A DNA stretch of 64,000 nucleotides from the human T2T-CHM13v2.0 reference genome, Homo sapiens, in assembly GCF_009914755.1 (NCBI RefSeq), contig NC_060926.1; one strand, 5' to 3'. A program made the translations under genes and the position numbers. A model generated the notes under the pieces. That model searched no databases, was not told the DNA's origin, and saw nothing but the letters and a program-made list of their open reading frames with translations. Shown here one piece after another: positions 12,856 to 32,245 of the stretch (position 1 is the stretch's first letter; every line of letters begins with the position of its first letter).

Positions 12856-13879
12856 GAGTCACATGGACAAGCATGCGATACCTGGTTCTGTGCTTATAAA
12901 TTTAACCGGGCCGAGCGTACTCTTTACGTCAATCTCTGTGTCAGTCTTGAGGGAGGAAGGAGTTGGGTTCATAAACTGAACAAGGTTGGCTTTGACCAGC
13001 CCCTTTTGATAAGGAAGGAAAAAAAAAACAGTAATTACGGGGAAATGTTACTATTTGTGCAAAACTGTCAACTATCTGAAACTAGGGGTGAAAGTTTTAG
13101 GAAGAAAGGGATCATGATCCCAGGTCATGGAGCAAGGGAGGAACGGGAAGCAAAGAATGGACTGTGAGAATGTAGCCTCCGAATGGTGCCCATTTAAAAT
13201 AAAGTGAACAAGGGCATTTCAGTGCCGGGCTAGTGGGGGAGGAGTTGGAAGGGGATGGGCCCAGGGAGCATTGAGAATCAGAGGAGGAGGTGTAGGAATG
13301 TCCAGCCAGCAACTGGACACTGCCCCTGTGTCTTTAGCTTCCATGTGGCTTTGTTCTCGTGGCTGGCAGATCAGTGTGGGAGACTGTGTTAAACAACTGA
13401 TTCTAACAAGCCTGGTTCTGAAATTTCAGAATTCTTGGGCATGTCTTGGTGACCCTTTGATGATATTGTCCAAACCTTGACACTGAAGGTGATGTCCCTC
13501 ACCTCAAAGGAATGTATGTACTCGCTAGTGAGGAGAGACTGACCCAATCTCAAAAATACAGAATAGGCATGGGCAGGGAAAGTTGGTGTGTGAGCTGAGG
13601 GTGGAACCAGTCAGGCCAGAGTTCCAAATTGGAAAAAAACATTAGAGTGTGGGAGGGACTAGAAAGAAGGAATTAAAGAACTCTTTTTAAATTTCTTGTT
13701 TGTTTCAACTGCCTCCCATCCCAACCCCCTTGCTTTGTTTCATTCATGGTTAACCCACAGGAGGGATAAAAGCATTGATAAGAGAACACATTGGGTCATC
13801 TGAATAAGAGAGTATGGACAAGCACATTCTATGTTGGTGGGGTATACAATGTGGGTTAGAAGCCCCCCATAAAATACAA

Positions 13880-14340
13880 GCTCTTTGGCACAGTAATCTC
13901 TCTTCAGGAAATTTATCTTGAGGAATAATTGGACATGGGCACAAAGATGTGTGTATAGAATTTCGTCGTTGTTGCAGAGTTAATGCTGGAAAGAAAAAAG
14001 GAAGAACCCAAATATCTAGTGACAGAGGATTGATCAAATACAGTAATTCAAATGATGAACCATGAGGCAGCCACTAAAAAGAAAAATGTAGACACACGGT
14101 TATGGACATGGAACCATGTCCAAAATATAGTGTTTGGTGAAAAAAACCAGGTGACTGAGAAGTTTGCGTCATATGATCCTATTTTTGTATCTGTATTACA
14201 AAAAGACAGAGATGTATCCACTAAATTGTTAGGTGTATTCACCTCTAAGTGATGGGATTTAGAATATTTTTTCTTTTATGCTATATCTCTGTTTTATTAT
14301 ATTTTCTGAAATAATCATGTATTACTTTGTAATCTAAAAA
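13880..14340 (+). mobile_element. Ancient L1M (L1ME-like) 3' fragment
   Basis: Degenerate ORF2 C-terminal/3' UTR motifs (ggaaatttatc..., aacccaaatatc, gcagccactaaaaag). Confidence 0.55.
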
Positions 14341-14715
14341 AAAAACAACAACAACAAAACAAAACAAAAAAACCCACTAGGACTGTTTTCCTGGTCCGGA
14401 GGTTTAGCGGCAGCGGTTCATCCTCTGGGACTCCAAAGATGACAGGGGTTGGAGGTGTGGGCTGTCTTCCCATGAGATTGATTTCAGTTTCCACTAAGCC
14501 TAGCTGGGCAGACTAATTAGAATTTATTTTCAAAAACAGAAGAATGTATGAATTATTCATTTTCATAATCTGTTTTTCTAATAGGCTATTAATCTGGGTT
14601 ATTGGTTTTATATCTCAGATTCTGTTCATATGTAGGATGGCTTAAATGCTTTATCATTTGATATTGTGGCAAGAGTGTGCAAACTGCAATTAAAGGGCCT
14701 GGTCCAGTGGACTAG

Positions 14716-15054
<339 letters not shown>

Positions 15055-15517
15055 CCTCATTTTTATTATCTATAAAATGGGATAGGATGCTTACCCTATG
15101 AAGCTGTCGTAAGGATTAAATGAGTGAGTGATTGTAAAAGTGCTTTGAAGTACACATTGCTTGTAATTAATTTAAAATGAAGAATTAGTTTTTGGATACA
15201 TTCTAATGTACAGAGGGTAAAAATTGAAAAAAAAAAAACCAAGAATCGGTTTTTGGAAAAAAGAAAATTAAAGTCTTTGACTGAGCTTGATGAACCAGAG
15301 TTATTTTATTTAAGGTCCAAAGAGCCTTCTCTTTTTATTTCACTGTTATCAAAATATCATGCACACATAGTTTAAAAAATGAAGTAGCATTTCAGGGCTA
15401 CATACAAAACTGGGACAACTTTGGGAGTAAAAGGGGCAATGGTAATGAAATTATACCAGACTAGGGAGGAAAAACTGAGAATGTCCCTGACAAACCCTGC
15501 TTATAAAAAAACACATT

Positions 15518-15875
<358 letters not shown>

Positions 15876-16759
15876 TCAGAGACACTGCCTTCAATTATTT
15901 TAGCAATTTTTTCATGTTTACCTCTATATTTTCAAAGAATAGGTTTTTACTGCTTTTCTTGCTTTTTCCATTTTATACATTATCTATTGATTTCTTACTA
16001 TGGACGATGAGGAATTCTGTCTTTTATGCCCTGTATTCATACACCATTTCCCTCCCCTCATTCCCAACATGATTATATTATATATTCATCTTTATATTAA
16101 TATGCCCATATAAATCTTGTTCATAGCTGAACCATGTAAGAAACCTTTCTTGTGCAATTGTTCATTGCCTCTGGAGTTAATAATTAACTCAAATTTTGGT
16201 TTGTTCTATTTTCTATGGCCCCAGCCACTTATTCATCCCCAAACTCTCTGAACTCTAAGATTACTCAAACAGCTAATCTATTAGTTTCATATTTTATTGG
16301 AAATAAACCTTCTGTCCTCAGTCCTCCCACTCCAGGTCAGCCTGGCTCCTGTCCAGAGCCACCCACAGCTGTTGTCTCAGGACTTCCCGTCTCTTCTCTT
16401 TTGTGCTGGATTCTCTGTTTTCTTGATCCCATGGTTGCACTTTAGTTCTTTCATTTTCTTGTTTGCATGAACACCTCCACGTCTACAGTGGCTTAGTAAG
16501 AAAGTGGGCACGGAGATAAACTTTGGATGCCCTACATGTCTAAAAATTCCTTTATTTTACCCCCATTAGTTGTATGGGTTTTTTTTTTTATCAAACTTGG
16601 AGAAGACTTAACTTGCAAGAATATTACAAAAAGTGTCCTTACCAATTCACCAATTGTTAACCTTTTGCCCTATTTGTTGAATTACATCTTTTCTCTAGAT
16701 TATAAGCGCATACTTTTTTTTTTTTTGTGAACCGTTTGAGAGTTAGTTGCAGTTATCCT

Positions 16760-17760
<1,001 letters not shown>

Positions 17761-19065
17761 TTGCTCAGTAATTCTTGGGTCTGTATTCACAGGTCCATAA
17801 ACTTGAGGCACTGAAAAGCTCATTAGAAATTCTTTGAGAGTGAATGGGGCTCACTGTAGGTGAAAGAGAAGAGCCCTACCCATTTCACTGGGAGGATCTA
17901 TCTATAAGTCCTTTCTCCACGCTGTTCTCTTTCTTAAGAGAGGAATCCTGCCTAGAGAGTTCAAGTATGGCTGCCAGCATTCTGGGACTGAGTGGGAAAA
18001 GGAGCTGGGGTTATCAAGTCTTAGCCGTTAGGCTTGTGCCTAATCCCATGGTTTTCAGTAGGGTGTCTCATCTCTTCTCCCTTGCTTAGCTCTGAGCTAG
18101 GAGAGCCAATCCATTCACTTCAGAGGATAAACCTCCCACCTTCCACTGGGCTAGGAGAGGGGCAAGTGCCTGGCTGCACAGGGCCCAACTGTACTTTATG
18201 AGACTTTGGGCAAATCCTCGGTTTTGTGCCTCACCCTCCACCCTGGGCTTCTAAAGCGCTGTGCTTCCCATTTCTGACTTTTCCTGGGTTCTGTGGCACT
18301 AACTGGTTAGTGTGGCAGAGGTCATGCCACGGATCCAGCATGTCATTGTGTCTTCCCAGGAGTCTAAACGGACCATACCTTATGGCCTTTCTTGCAGTTA
18401 GGTTGGGTAAGTGACTGAATTGTAATTAGTGGGAGTGATGCCCACCCCTTTCAGACCTGACCCTAAAAAACAGCCTCTAGCCCTTTCCAGACTGTGTGGC
18501 CAGGGAGTGGGGTGGGCCCAGAGCACAGCCCTGAGACCTTTGCTCTATAGCAGGCCCTTTAAACTAGGGATGAAAGAGTTGGGCCCTGGGGCCCCTGGGA
18601 TTTGTTCTCATCTTTAGCTGAGATATACATATCGCTCCCTCACACACATGTACACATACATACATACATATATATTTGCTATAGAGCCGTCTGCATCCAA
18701 GACGCAGTCAATTCCAGAGTACCAGGGGAGTAAGGCCCGGGCTCCCAGGAACCTGAGAATTGGGAGCATAGGAAAAATAATCCTTCACTACCTTGCTTTC
18801 TGTTGGGGCAAGGAGAGTGGCAGACAGAGGCAAAGGAAAAGACTCTATTGTCTTTACTTCGCTCCCTAACTGCATTATTAAGAACACATTTTGGTTTAAA
18901 AAAAGTGTAAAAATGGCTAGAAATGGTAAAAAAAAAAAAAGGCTAGAAATCTGCATCTTACTTAGATAGATGGGATGGGTCGGTTTATTATCTTAGATCT
19001 GGCTGATAAACACAGCTAGGCACAGATTTTAGGCAGGTAAGCAAGTGACTTTAAGTCTGTCTCCT

Positions 19066-19416
<351 letters not shown>

Positions 19417-20446
19417 TTAATTTCATTAGCGACTAATAATAAACAGTATGATATGGGTTTCCCTTGACCTAGGAAAGTTCACCCTTCAGCAGTTCGCCCT
19501 GGGGGCTCTTTGCCAGTTCCACAACTGTTACAAGGTGAAGCCAGGAGGTGCACACACACACACCCTGCCACCTACAGTCCCCCTGGATTCTTCCCTCTCA
19601 GCCCAAGCTCCTCTTCCCTTTTCTAGCCCTTTCCTCCCACATTTCCCACACTTACACAAGCCCACTTCCGGGGAGTCCCCTAAACAGTTAAACAAAGATC
19701 ATTGAAAATACTTATAATCGATTTCTGTATTCCCAGACTGATTTACATTTTGAAAGCTTACCACTGGGCAGTATGTAATTGTATCATTTATAGTTGATTT
19801 AAATATGGCATTTATGGTCAATAAAAAAGGAGAGTTAAGATTAAGCCGTCAGCACGCACCTACCTACTGTATCGGTGCTGTGAGAAAATCCAACTTGCCA
19901 CAGAATACCTTCTCCAGGCCCAGCCCCTGCTGCGATTGTGAGCCTCTTTCCTGTCCTTCCTGTGTGGAGATGACCCTGTTGACTGACTCACCACAGCATT
20001 GGTCCCAAGCTGCTTTTCCCAATGCATTAAGGCCATTATCTGCAGGAATGAGCAATGCCAAGTGCTTTATTCCGAGCTCTATCTGGCACTCGAGCTGGTG
20101 TCTTCAAAAGAAGGACTGCCTTTTCACCAGAGAGATACCTGTAGAAACTGGCTTTCAATAAAGCTGAAAGGAATGCACCCTGGGGCAGCTCGCTTTGTAC
20201 ATTGCCATCCCGATAATAAACAGCTCTTCTACTCTGGCCAGCCAGCCTGCCAGTCAGCTTTTTGAGTGATTTCCTTGAAGATGAGGTTGCCAAAATGAGG
20301 AATACACAGCGTCAAAACAGAACATTACAGGACTGCAGTTATGGGAGGTGATGGTTAGTCACACAGTTTAATAATCTCAAATTCCTGATTTCTCATTTCC
20401 CTTTTTTCCACCACCTTTTCCCATGCACAGTCAAAAAATTATATCA

Positions 20447-20914
<468 letters not shown>

Positions 20915-20977
20915 TCACCATTCCTCCTGGAGTAAACCATTCCCTCCTCTGATTGCCTGAAGCTAACCATGAGACAG

Positions 20978-21880
20978 CAGGACTGGCTACATAATTTTCC
21001 AGCCTAGTACAAAATGAAAATGCAGGCCCTTGTTCAAAAGGCTAGGAAGAAAAAGTGCCATTAAAAGTGCTGAAATACAAAGCTTTTCCTTTCTTTCACC
21101 ATCTATCTTGACCTGTCGGTCATGATGTGCTTTTAAAATTTGCTCTTTAATATAGTTCGCCTTTGGGCAGGGGATACTCCCAGGGCAAGTGTGAGTCCTC
21201 ACAGGCTCCGGGGTCCCCCTCCCTCCAGCCACAGGCCAATGCTTGGTGCCGGGCCAACCTGCAGCAGATGGTTGGCCCTGAAGGGATTGAAACCTCAGTG
21301 CCAGGACAAGCTCAGTGCCTGGATTGGGGGTGGGGCAGAGGCGAGTTGCCCCCTAACAGTTGTGGTGCTGCCAGGCCCTGCTGCAAAGAGACCCTGGATG
21401 CCCAGCCTCAAGTCTCCCCGGGTGCAACTCCAGGTCCCTATTGAAAGCAGAGGATGACAGCAGAATGTTACCCCCCAACCCCCACCTCTGCCAGACACAA
21501 CATAGTTGCCATCCCAGTTAAAGGCAGGCAGGGGCCACAGTGGGGAGAGCAGATGTGGAGAGGGGGTGGCTGGGCAGGGTCCCAGGAACCAGGCAATGGA
21601 GAACAGGCTGCCAAGGACCTATTCTCAGGGAGGTGGGGAGCTGGCAGCAGGCAGAACCGCATGTAAGCTAATGGCACGTGCTTCAATGTCCATTGGACTT
21701 CACTTGCAAAACACAAATTCAAAGATTAAATTATTAAGAATTCAAGACACAAATTCAAAGATTAAATTATTAAGAATATCAAGCAACTGCAGAGCATTAA
21801 ACTCCAAGCATGCAGGGCTCTTCTGAACCTGGGGCCATGTGCAGCTGCACTGTTCCCATACCCATGAAATCCGTCCTCTG
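20978..21880 (+). mobile_element. hAT-Tip100 DNA transposon, long MER45-family member (MER45B/C-like)
   Basis: Both ends match the ends of the MER45A copy at 61223-61398, with a longer interior. Confidence 0.7.
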
Positions 21881-22059
21881 CAACCAAATTATTGAAATCA
21901 GTGAAGGTCCAGAAAATGTGTGTTCAGAAACGTATTTGTAGCATTTCTCATATGCTGCCTTGTACATAGTCTTATTTCTATACTACCCTCTTTCCTTCCT
22001 GCATGCCATCTGCATGGCCTAGCTCCTGTGCTTTCAGGCTAATCTCTAGCATGTTAGAG

Positions 22060-22478
<419 letters not shown>

Positions 22479-22498
22479 AAGGCATATGTTTTATACAT

Positions 22499-22502
<4 letters not shown>

Positions 22503-22536
<34 letters not shown>
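22503..22536. repeat. (AC)17 microsatellite
   Basis: Counted directly. Confidence 0.95.
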
Positions 22537-22540
<4 letters not shown>

Positions 22541-22986
22541 CCACATACACTGATAGGAATGCATCTCTGCTATGACACATAGGGACAGTACCAGAGTACA
22601 CAGAAGACACTTAATAAGTCTATTTTTAGACAAAAGAACACAGGGTGAACATGTTTTAAGTGTCAATCTGGCTAATGTATATTTTAAATGAAATGTAGTG
22701 CAAATGGAAGTCTGTTAAGTTACAGAGAGACTAGAAAAGGATTTTTCAAAAATTAAAGTCATTATGGTAGAGTAATTCTGAAAGTAAGCTCAATTTAATT
22801 AAGCACATGGCAAAAATAAAGTCTTAAAAAGCTTGATAAATATAATTTTAGTATGAAAATTAGGTCTTCTAAGGAAAGATGAAGAAAATTGGAATTGGTT
22901 AGCATGAAGAAAAGAAAGAGAAAGAGAACTTCAAGATAGCGAAATTGCTCTCAATTAAAAGGGGGAGATTAAAGTGTACATTTTGT

Positions 22987-23377
<391 letters not shown>

Positions 23378-23690
23378 TCATATTTATTATAGAAGCATTA
23401 AAAAATACACATAAGCAAAAAGAAGAAAATGTAAAATAGGCATAATCCCACCACTCTCATATAGCAAACAAGTTCATATAAACTGAATATCCTACTGTAA
23501 ATATAGGTTTGATAACCTCAATAGTTCTGGGCATTTTCATTTTTAAAAATATTTGCCAGTTTTGCAGCTGAAATGGTATCTCATTGCTATTTTAACTTAA
23601 ATTACTTCTTAGAATAATAAATTACTTATTTCCTCATATGTTTATTGTTTACACATATTTTTCTTTCATGAATTGCCCATGTCCTCTTAG

Positions 23691-24028
<338 letters not shown>

Positions 24029-24409
24029 TTAGACCATTTTTTATATCCTAAATGGATATAACAAACATCCTAGTTTGTTTTTCTCTTAAAAAGTTATCAA
24101 CATTTAAAAGAACATATAAAAAGTACAGAAAGTAACACAGCAGGCACAGTGTTTCTATGTGTGTTTCAGAAAAAGGGGCCTGCTAGGGGTGGGAGAGGGA
24201 CTATATTAACACAATCGGCCATGTGGCTAGAAAAATAAGCAAAATGTCTTTTTTCCATGCTGACGTGCAAGAATGTTTTTGTACATTAAAGATGCTAACC
24301 CTTTCACATGCTATGAAGCTTTGGCCTGGATATTTCTGATCAATTCATCAGGGTGACTACTAAGAACAGAACAAAAGGAAATTTATTTAAATAAAAATAA
24401 ACATTTTTA

Positions 24410-24556
24410 AGCAAAGCACAGTGGCACATGCTTGCAGTCCCAGCTACTTGGAAGGCTGAGGTGGGAGGATCCCTTGAGCCCAGGAGTTCAAGGCCAACCT
24501 GGGCAGAAAAGCAAGACCTTGTCTCTAAAAAGTAAAATAAATAAATTAAAAAAAAA
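24410..24556 (+). mobile_element. FLAM-type Alu monomer
   Basis: Single arm with A-rich tail. Confidence 0.8.
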
Positions 24557-24972
24557 TTTAGTTGGATATGAAAAATAATTTCTTGACCACGAAGAGAATC
24601 AATTCAGGAAAAATTAATTTATCATTATGGAGTCATTCTCTGATCCACCATCCCCTGTCTATAATTTACATTAAACTTCATGGGCCAGAAGACAGGGGCT
24701 AGACCAAATGGTTGTTCATCCTTTCTTCTAGTTTAGTTTCTTTCTACGTTTATTTTCTTATATTCCAAGAAGTAGTAATTTCTAAAAGATTTGGGTTACC
24801 TGGTTAATCTTATTTAACTTTTGATCCTCCCCATCACAAGCAAAACAAGATCAATCTTTGCAGAAGTTTTGAGTCAGGGCTGCTAAGTCTAATGTTATTT
24901 GGTGGTTCTGCAAATGAATGTCAATTCTATTATGTAACAATTGGAACAAGTGCTTTATTTATTAAGAAACAG

Positions 24973-25525
<553 letters not shown>

Positions 25526-25700
25526 AAAAAAAAAAACACTTTATTTCTAAATGTGCACTTTATTGTACGTCAATTATATCTCAATAAAAATAGATATATG
25601 TGTATATATATATACACACACGCTAAAGTTTACACATAAATTTTATATTCAGATACATAAGCTTTATATATATAAACTTTACAGTAAACTACATGTTTAA

Positions 25701-26011
<311 letters not shown>

Positions 26012-28650
26012 CAAGTCTACAATTTTTACATGTGTATACACGCATGAAATCCTCACTGCAGTTGAGACAGTGAACATACCTATCACCCCCAAAAGTTTTC
26101 TCATAAGCCATTGTAATCCCTCCCTCCCACACCATCTCATCTCCCATCTCTAAGCAGACACTGATCTGCTTTATGTCACTATGGATTGTTTGCATTTTCT
26201 AGTTTTATATACATTTAATCATATAGTATGTACTCTTTTTTTTAAGCAGGCTTCTTTCACTCAGTATGATAATTTTAAGATTCATCCATATGTTGTATAT
26301 AGCAATCACTATTTTTATGGCTGAGTAGTATTCCATTTTACAGGTATGCCATAGTTTATCCATTCACCTCTTGATGGACAGTGGCGCTATTTCCAGCTTT
26401 TGGCTATTACAAGTAAAGCTTTTATGAATATTTGTATAAAAGTGTTTATATGGTTATATATTGAATTTCCTCTTGAGTAAATATCCAGGAGAGGAATGGG
26501 TGGATCATGCTGTCATGATCCATGAACATTATATGTTCAACTTCTTAAGAAACTGCCTAATTGTTTTCCAAAGTGGTTCTACCATTTACATTATCACAAA
26601 AATTCACAAGAGTGCAGTTCCTCCACATCTTCATAATGCTTGGCATGTCAATCTTTTAAATTTTAGCCATTCTAATAGGTGTGTAGTGTTATCTCATTGT
26701 GGATTTAATTTGCATTTTCCTAATGGCTAATAATGTTGAACACTTTAGTATGTGCTTCTGCAGAAGAGATATTTGCCTAATCTGAGGTCACAAAGACTTT
26801 CTCCTATGTTTTCTTCTAGAAATTGTATAGATTTATGTTTCTAAATTTAGGTCTATGATCCATTTTGGGTTAATCTTTGCATGTGGTGTGAGCTTGGTTC
26901 TAAGTTCATTTTTTCCCACGTGCTTATGCAATTGCTCCAGCATGATTTGTTGAGAAGGCTATCCTTTCTCTACTTCATTACCTTTGCACCTCAGTCAAAA
27001 ATCAGTTGCCTATATTTGTGTGGATTTATTTATGTACTTTTCATTCTGTTCTGTTGAGTTATTTTTTAAACTTTATATCAATTTCATACTGTATTCATTA
27101 ATGCTGCATTATAATAATTCTTGAAATCAGGTTGTGTCATCCCAACCTTGTCTTTTTCAGAGTTGTTTGGTTATTCTAGGTTCTTCGTATTTCCATAAAA
27201 ATTTCAGATCCAGCTTGTCAATTCTGAAAAAAAAAAACCCTTCTGGGACTTTGAGTAGGATTGTATAGGATCCATAGATCAATTTGAGAGCAACTGATAT
27301 CTTTATAACACTGAGTCTTCTGATCTATGAGCAGGGCATATCTCTCCATTTGTTTAGGTCTTCTTTAATTTCTTTCAGCAATATTTTGTAGTTTTAGTGT
27401 ATAGGTAGTTTGCTAATTTTGTGAAGTTTATCTCTAAGTATTTCATTTTTGTATTTTCATAAGTGATATTTTTAAACATTTCAATTTCCAATTATTTGTT
27501 GCTAGTATAGAAAAATATATTTGATTTTTTATATTTTGTTCTATTCTAGAATCATGCTAGTCTCAATTATTAGTTCTAATTGATTTCTTTGTAGATTCTA
27601 TGATATTTCCTACACAGTCATGTCACCTGCAATAAAAATAGTTCTATTTCTTCCTTTTCAATCTTGATGACTTTTATTTCTTTTTCTTGCCCAATCACAC
27701 TGGCTAAAACCATTGGTACAATGTTGAATTTAAGTGCTAATAGCAGACATTCCTGACTTGTTCCTGGTGTTAGGGGGGAAGTATTTAGGCTTTCATCATT
27801 AACTATGATGGTTGCTATAGGTTTCTTAGCTGCCTGTTTTCAGGTTGAAGAAGTTTCCTTTTAATTTGAGTTTTCTGAGAGTGTTTATCAGGAATGAATG
27901 TTTAACTTTGTTAAATGTTTTCTCAACATCTATTGAGATAATCATATAATTTTTTTTAGTTTGTTAATATGTTGAATTATATTGATTAACTTTCAAATGT
28001 TAAGCCCTGCATTCCAGAGATAAATCTCACTTGGCCATATGATATATTGTCCTTTTAATAATTGTTGAATTCAGTTTGTTACCATTTTGTATATGGCTTA
28101 TTTATGAGAGATATTGGTCTATAGTGTTCTCTTCCTGTAATGTTTTTGTCTGATTTTGTTTTAAGGGTAATCCTGCCCTTGGAGAAAGAATTGGGAACTA
28201 TTCCCCTATTTTAAATATTTTTGAAGAACTTTGTGTAGAATTAGTATTACTTGTTTTCCGTAAGTGTTTGGTAGAATTCACCCATGATGTCTTCTGGGCC
28301 TGGAGTTTTCTTTGTGGTAGGTTTTTGAACTATGTCATTTTCTCTAATAAGCATAGGGCTATTTAGACTATTTATTTCTTTTTGAGTGAGTTCTGGTAAT
28401 TTGTGACATTCAAGGAAATTATTAATTTCATCTAAATTGTCATATTTATTGGCTTAAATTGTTCATAATATTCCCTTATTATCCTTATAATATCTGTAGC
28501 ATCTGAAATGATGTCACCTCTCTTATTCCTCTCATTGTCATTTGTTTATTCGTTTTCCACTAATATGTCTAGCAACATTTCTTATCAATTTTATTGATTT
28601 TCTCAAAGAACCACCTTTCGATTTCATTGATTTTATCTATTCTTTTTCTA

Positions 28651-28932
28651 TTTTCTTTTTTTGAGATAGAGTTTCACTCACCACCCAGGTGGGAGTGCAA
28701 TGGCGCAATCTCGGCTCACTGCAACCTCCACCTTCAGCAATTCTCCTGCCTCAGCCTCCTGAGTAGCTGGGATTACAGGCACCCGCCACCACACCCAACT
28801 AATTTTTGTATTTTTAGTAGAAACAGTTTCACTATGTTGGCCAGGCTGGTCTCGAACTCCTCACCTCAGATGATCCACCCGCTTCAACCTCACAAAGTGC
28901 TGGGGTGAAGACGTGAGCCACCATGCCTGGCC
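28651..28932 (-). mobile_element. AluS with small internal deletions
   Basis: Reverse dimer; TSD tttttctattttct. Confidence 0.88.
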
Positions 28933-29891
28933 TGTTTTTCTATTTTCTGTTTCATTAATTTTGCCTTGATCTTATTTTTTGTTTTCTTCTGCTTAGTTTT
29001 GATTTAATTGTCTCTGCTTTTTCCAGTGCCTTAAAGAGGAAGTTGAGGTTATTTATTTGAAAACTTTCTTTTACTGTAAGTGTTTGGTGCTATAAATTTC
29101 CCTCTAAAAAATGCCCTAGCAACATCTCAAAAGTTCTGATTTGTTATGTTTTTCTTTTTAAAAATTTTTCAGCTGAATTTAAAATTTGTTTTTTTTTATT
29201 TTTACCCATTCAAAATAATTTTAATCACTTTTTAATTTATTCTACCTATATGTTATTTAGAAGTATATCATTTAGTTTCCAAATATTTGGGGATTTATCT
29301 AAAAATATATGTTATTAATATCTAATGTTACTCCATTATGGTCAAAGAACATACTTTGCACGGCTTGAATCTTTTTGAATGTATTGAGACTTGTTTTATG
29401 ACCAGAATATGATCTATTTTGGTGAATGTTCCATACACACTTGAGAACAATATGTATTTGACTGTTATTGGTGTTTGATAAGTGACAATCAAGTCAAGTT
29501 GGTTAATATTATTTACATCTGCTTTATCCTTGCTGAATTTCTGCAAACGGTATTGAAATCTCCAATTCAACTTGTGGATTTGTCTACTTGACACTATCAA
29601 TTTTTGTTTCATGTATTTTGAAGCTCTGTCACTAAGTGCATCATTTTGATTATCATTATGAAATGAACCATTATCCACAGTGATATCCTTTGTTTTGAGA
29701 TCTACTTAGTCTGAAACTAGTGCAGGTATTCTAGCTTTCTTATGGTGCATCTTTTTCTCTTCTTTTACTTTGAACTTAGATCACTTGGTTAACATGGTGT
29801 CTGTCAGGTTTTTTAAATGAAAAGTTGTTACTGTTCTCTTTGTAATTAGTAAGTATCTGTGGAGAGATACTTAAAAACTATCCTGTTTCTC

Positions 29892-30336
29892 TTTTTTATT
29901 TATTTTTTGTGTGTGTGTGAGACAGAGTCTTGCTTTGTCACACAGGCTGCAGTGCAGTGGCTCGATCTCTGCTCACTGCAACCCCTGCCTCCCTGGTTCA
30001 AATGATTCTTGTGCCTCAGCCTCCTGAGTAGCTGGGATTACAAGTGTGTGCCACAAGGTTCGGCTAATTTTGTTTGTATTTTTAGTAGAGATAGGGTTTT
30101 GCTACATTGGTCAGGCTGATCTCAAACTCCTGGACTCAAGTGATCCATCCACCTGGGCCTCCCAAAGTGCTAGGATTACATGTGTGAGCCACCTGCCTGC
30201 CCCTCCCCCACTTTTTTTTTTTTTTAAGACCAGGTCTCACTATGTTGCCTAGGCTGGACTCAAACTCCTAGCCTGAAGTGATCCTCCCATCTCAGCCTCC
30301 TGAGTAGCTGGGACTACATGTGCCTGCCACCACACC
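29892..30336 (-). mobile_element. Alu dimer (29892-30202) followed by an Alu monomer (30212-30336)
   Basis: Two tandem reverse Alu-derived units. Confidence 0.85.
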
Positions 30337-31512
30337 CTCATTATACTTTGTCCATGAATTTTAGCATTCTTTGCTAAAATGATGCTTGCCTGCAACAGTT
30401 ACTATTGTGGTATTTGCCAAATGGTGATTTTCTGTCTTCATCTTTCTATCTACATTTGTTAATTGGAATTCTCCTTCAAGGAAAAGCTGTCTATTCTCCT
30501 CCAATTATTTACTTATTCAATTTTTATATTAGTATGTACTCAAGGGTATTTATTTTATTCTATGATTTACAATCCATTACTATTCTTATTTTTATTGGTC
30601 ACATTGTCCCAGATTTGGCCACTGGGAGCACCTTCACATTGGCTCATCTATGTTTTTCAATATTCCCCTGGGATTTTTTAGCATTTTCTTACTTTCTTTT
30701 TCCAGAAGATGTTCTAGGCTTTTGTAACTTTTTGCCCTAACTTTGGAAAAAGACATTTCTCTGAGAAGCCCTGGTTTCCTTTAATGGAGAATGGAATTTT
30801 GAAACCAAGATCTCGATTCTAGGTGTGCTCATTGCTTCTAGGGTGTCATTGCTTCTAGACTCAACAGAGAGAACTAAGAAATGTATGTATGTTTGCACAT
30901 ACATATGCACACATCTACATTTATTTCTGTACTTATCTATTTGCATATATGTTGGAAACCAACAGTCCACTCTGAAACCTTCACTGCCAATCCAACACTA
31001 TCAAGTTCATTCTAAACTCCCTGTTTCCTTTTTCCCTCTTCTGACAGTGAGAAACCTGGCTGTCATTATCCATAATACATTTATTTATTTTTGTAGTCCT
31101 AGAATACCCATAAAGTAGTTTTAGAATTGTTCATCTGTTTCTCTGTGAAAAACAAATTTATTAATTAGAATGCAATATTTGTGTTCCTTTTACTGTCAGC
31201 CTTGCAGTAGCCAGTCAAAATACTCTTTCCCAGTTACTTAGGTTAGTTCTTTTCTTTCCTACCACCTTCAGTACTGTTATTCATATGTATTACAGCTAGG
31301 TTGATTTGTTATCATTTGTATCTACTTGCATTTCCTCTGACACTTGTGGCTGATTTTATTTACGTATTTAGTTTAAAAGTTAAGATACAATTCACATTCC
31401 ATAAAATTCACCATTTTAAAGTATACAATTCAGTGGTTATTAGTATGTTCACAAAGTTAGTCAATCACTATCATTTTCTAATTCCAGAGCATTTCATCCC
31501 TTAAAAAGAAAC

Positions 31513-32245
31513 TGATATGGTTTGGATCTGTGTCCCCACCCAAACTTCATGTTGAATTGTAATCCCCAGTGTTCGATGTGGGGCCTGGTGGGAGGTGACT
31601 GGATCATGGGGGAGGTTTCTAATGAATGGTTTAGCACCATCCTCTTGATGCTGTCCTTGCAATACTGAGTGAGTTCTGTGAGATCTGGTTGTTTGAAAGT
31701 GTGTACCACCTCCCCAGCCCTTGCTCCTGCTCCGGCCATGTGAATATCTGCTCCCCCTTTGCCTTCCATCATGACTGTAAGTTTCCTGAGGCCTCCCCAG
31801 AAGCCACCAGATGCCAGCATCATGCTTCCTGTACAGCCTGTGGAATCATGAGACAATTAAATTTATTTTCTGATAAATTACCCAGTCTCAGGTATTTCTT
31901 TCTTTCTTTTCTTTTCTTTCTTTTTTTTTTTCTTTTTGAGACTCAGGGTGGAGTGCAGTGGTGCCATCTCAGCACACTGCAACCTCTGTCTCCTGGGTTC
32001 AAGTGATTCTCCTACCTCAGCCTCCTGAGTAGCTGGGATTACAGGCTTGTGCCATCACGCCCGGCTAATTTTTGTATTTTTAGTAGAGACGGGGTTTCAC
32101 CGTGTTGGCCAGGATGGTCTCGATCTCTTGACCTCATGATCTGCCCGCCTCGGCCTCCCAAAGTGTTGGGGTTACAGGCATGAGCCACCACGCCCAGCCA
32201 AGTCTCAACTATTTCTTTATAGCAATGTGAGAATGGACTAATACA
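31513..32245 (+). mobile_element. MST-type (MSTA-like) MaLR solo LTR inserted in an L1MB 3' end and interrupted by an Alu
   Basis: tgatatggtttgg...ggactaataca termini; 5-bp TSD gaaac at 31508-31512 and 32246-32250. Confidence 0.88.
31902..32199 (-). mobile_element. AluS nested in the MST LTR
   Basis: TSD agtctca(gg/ac)tatttcttt. Confidence 0.92.
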
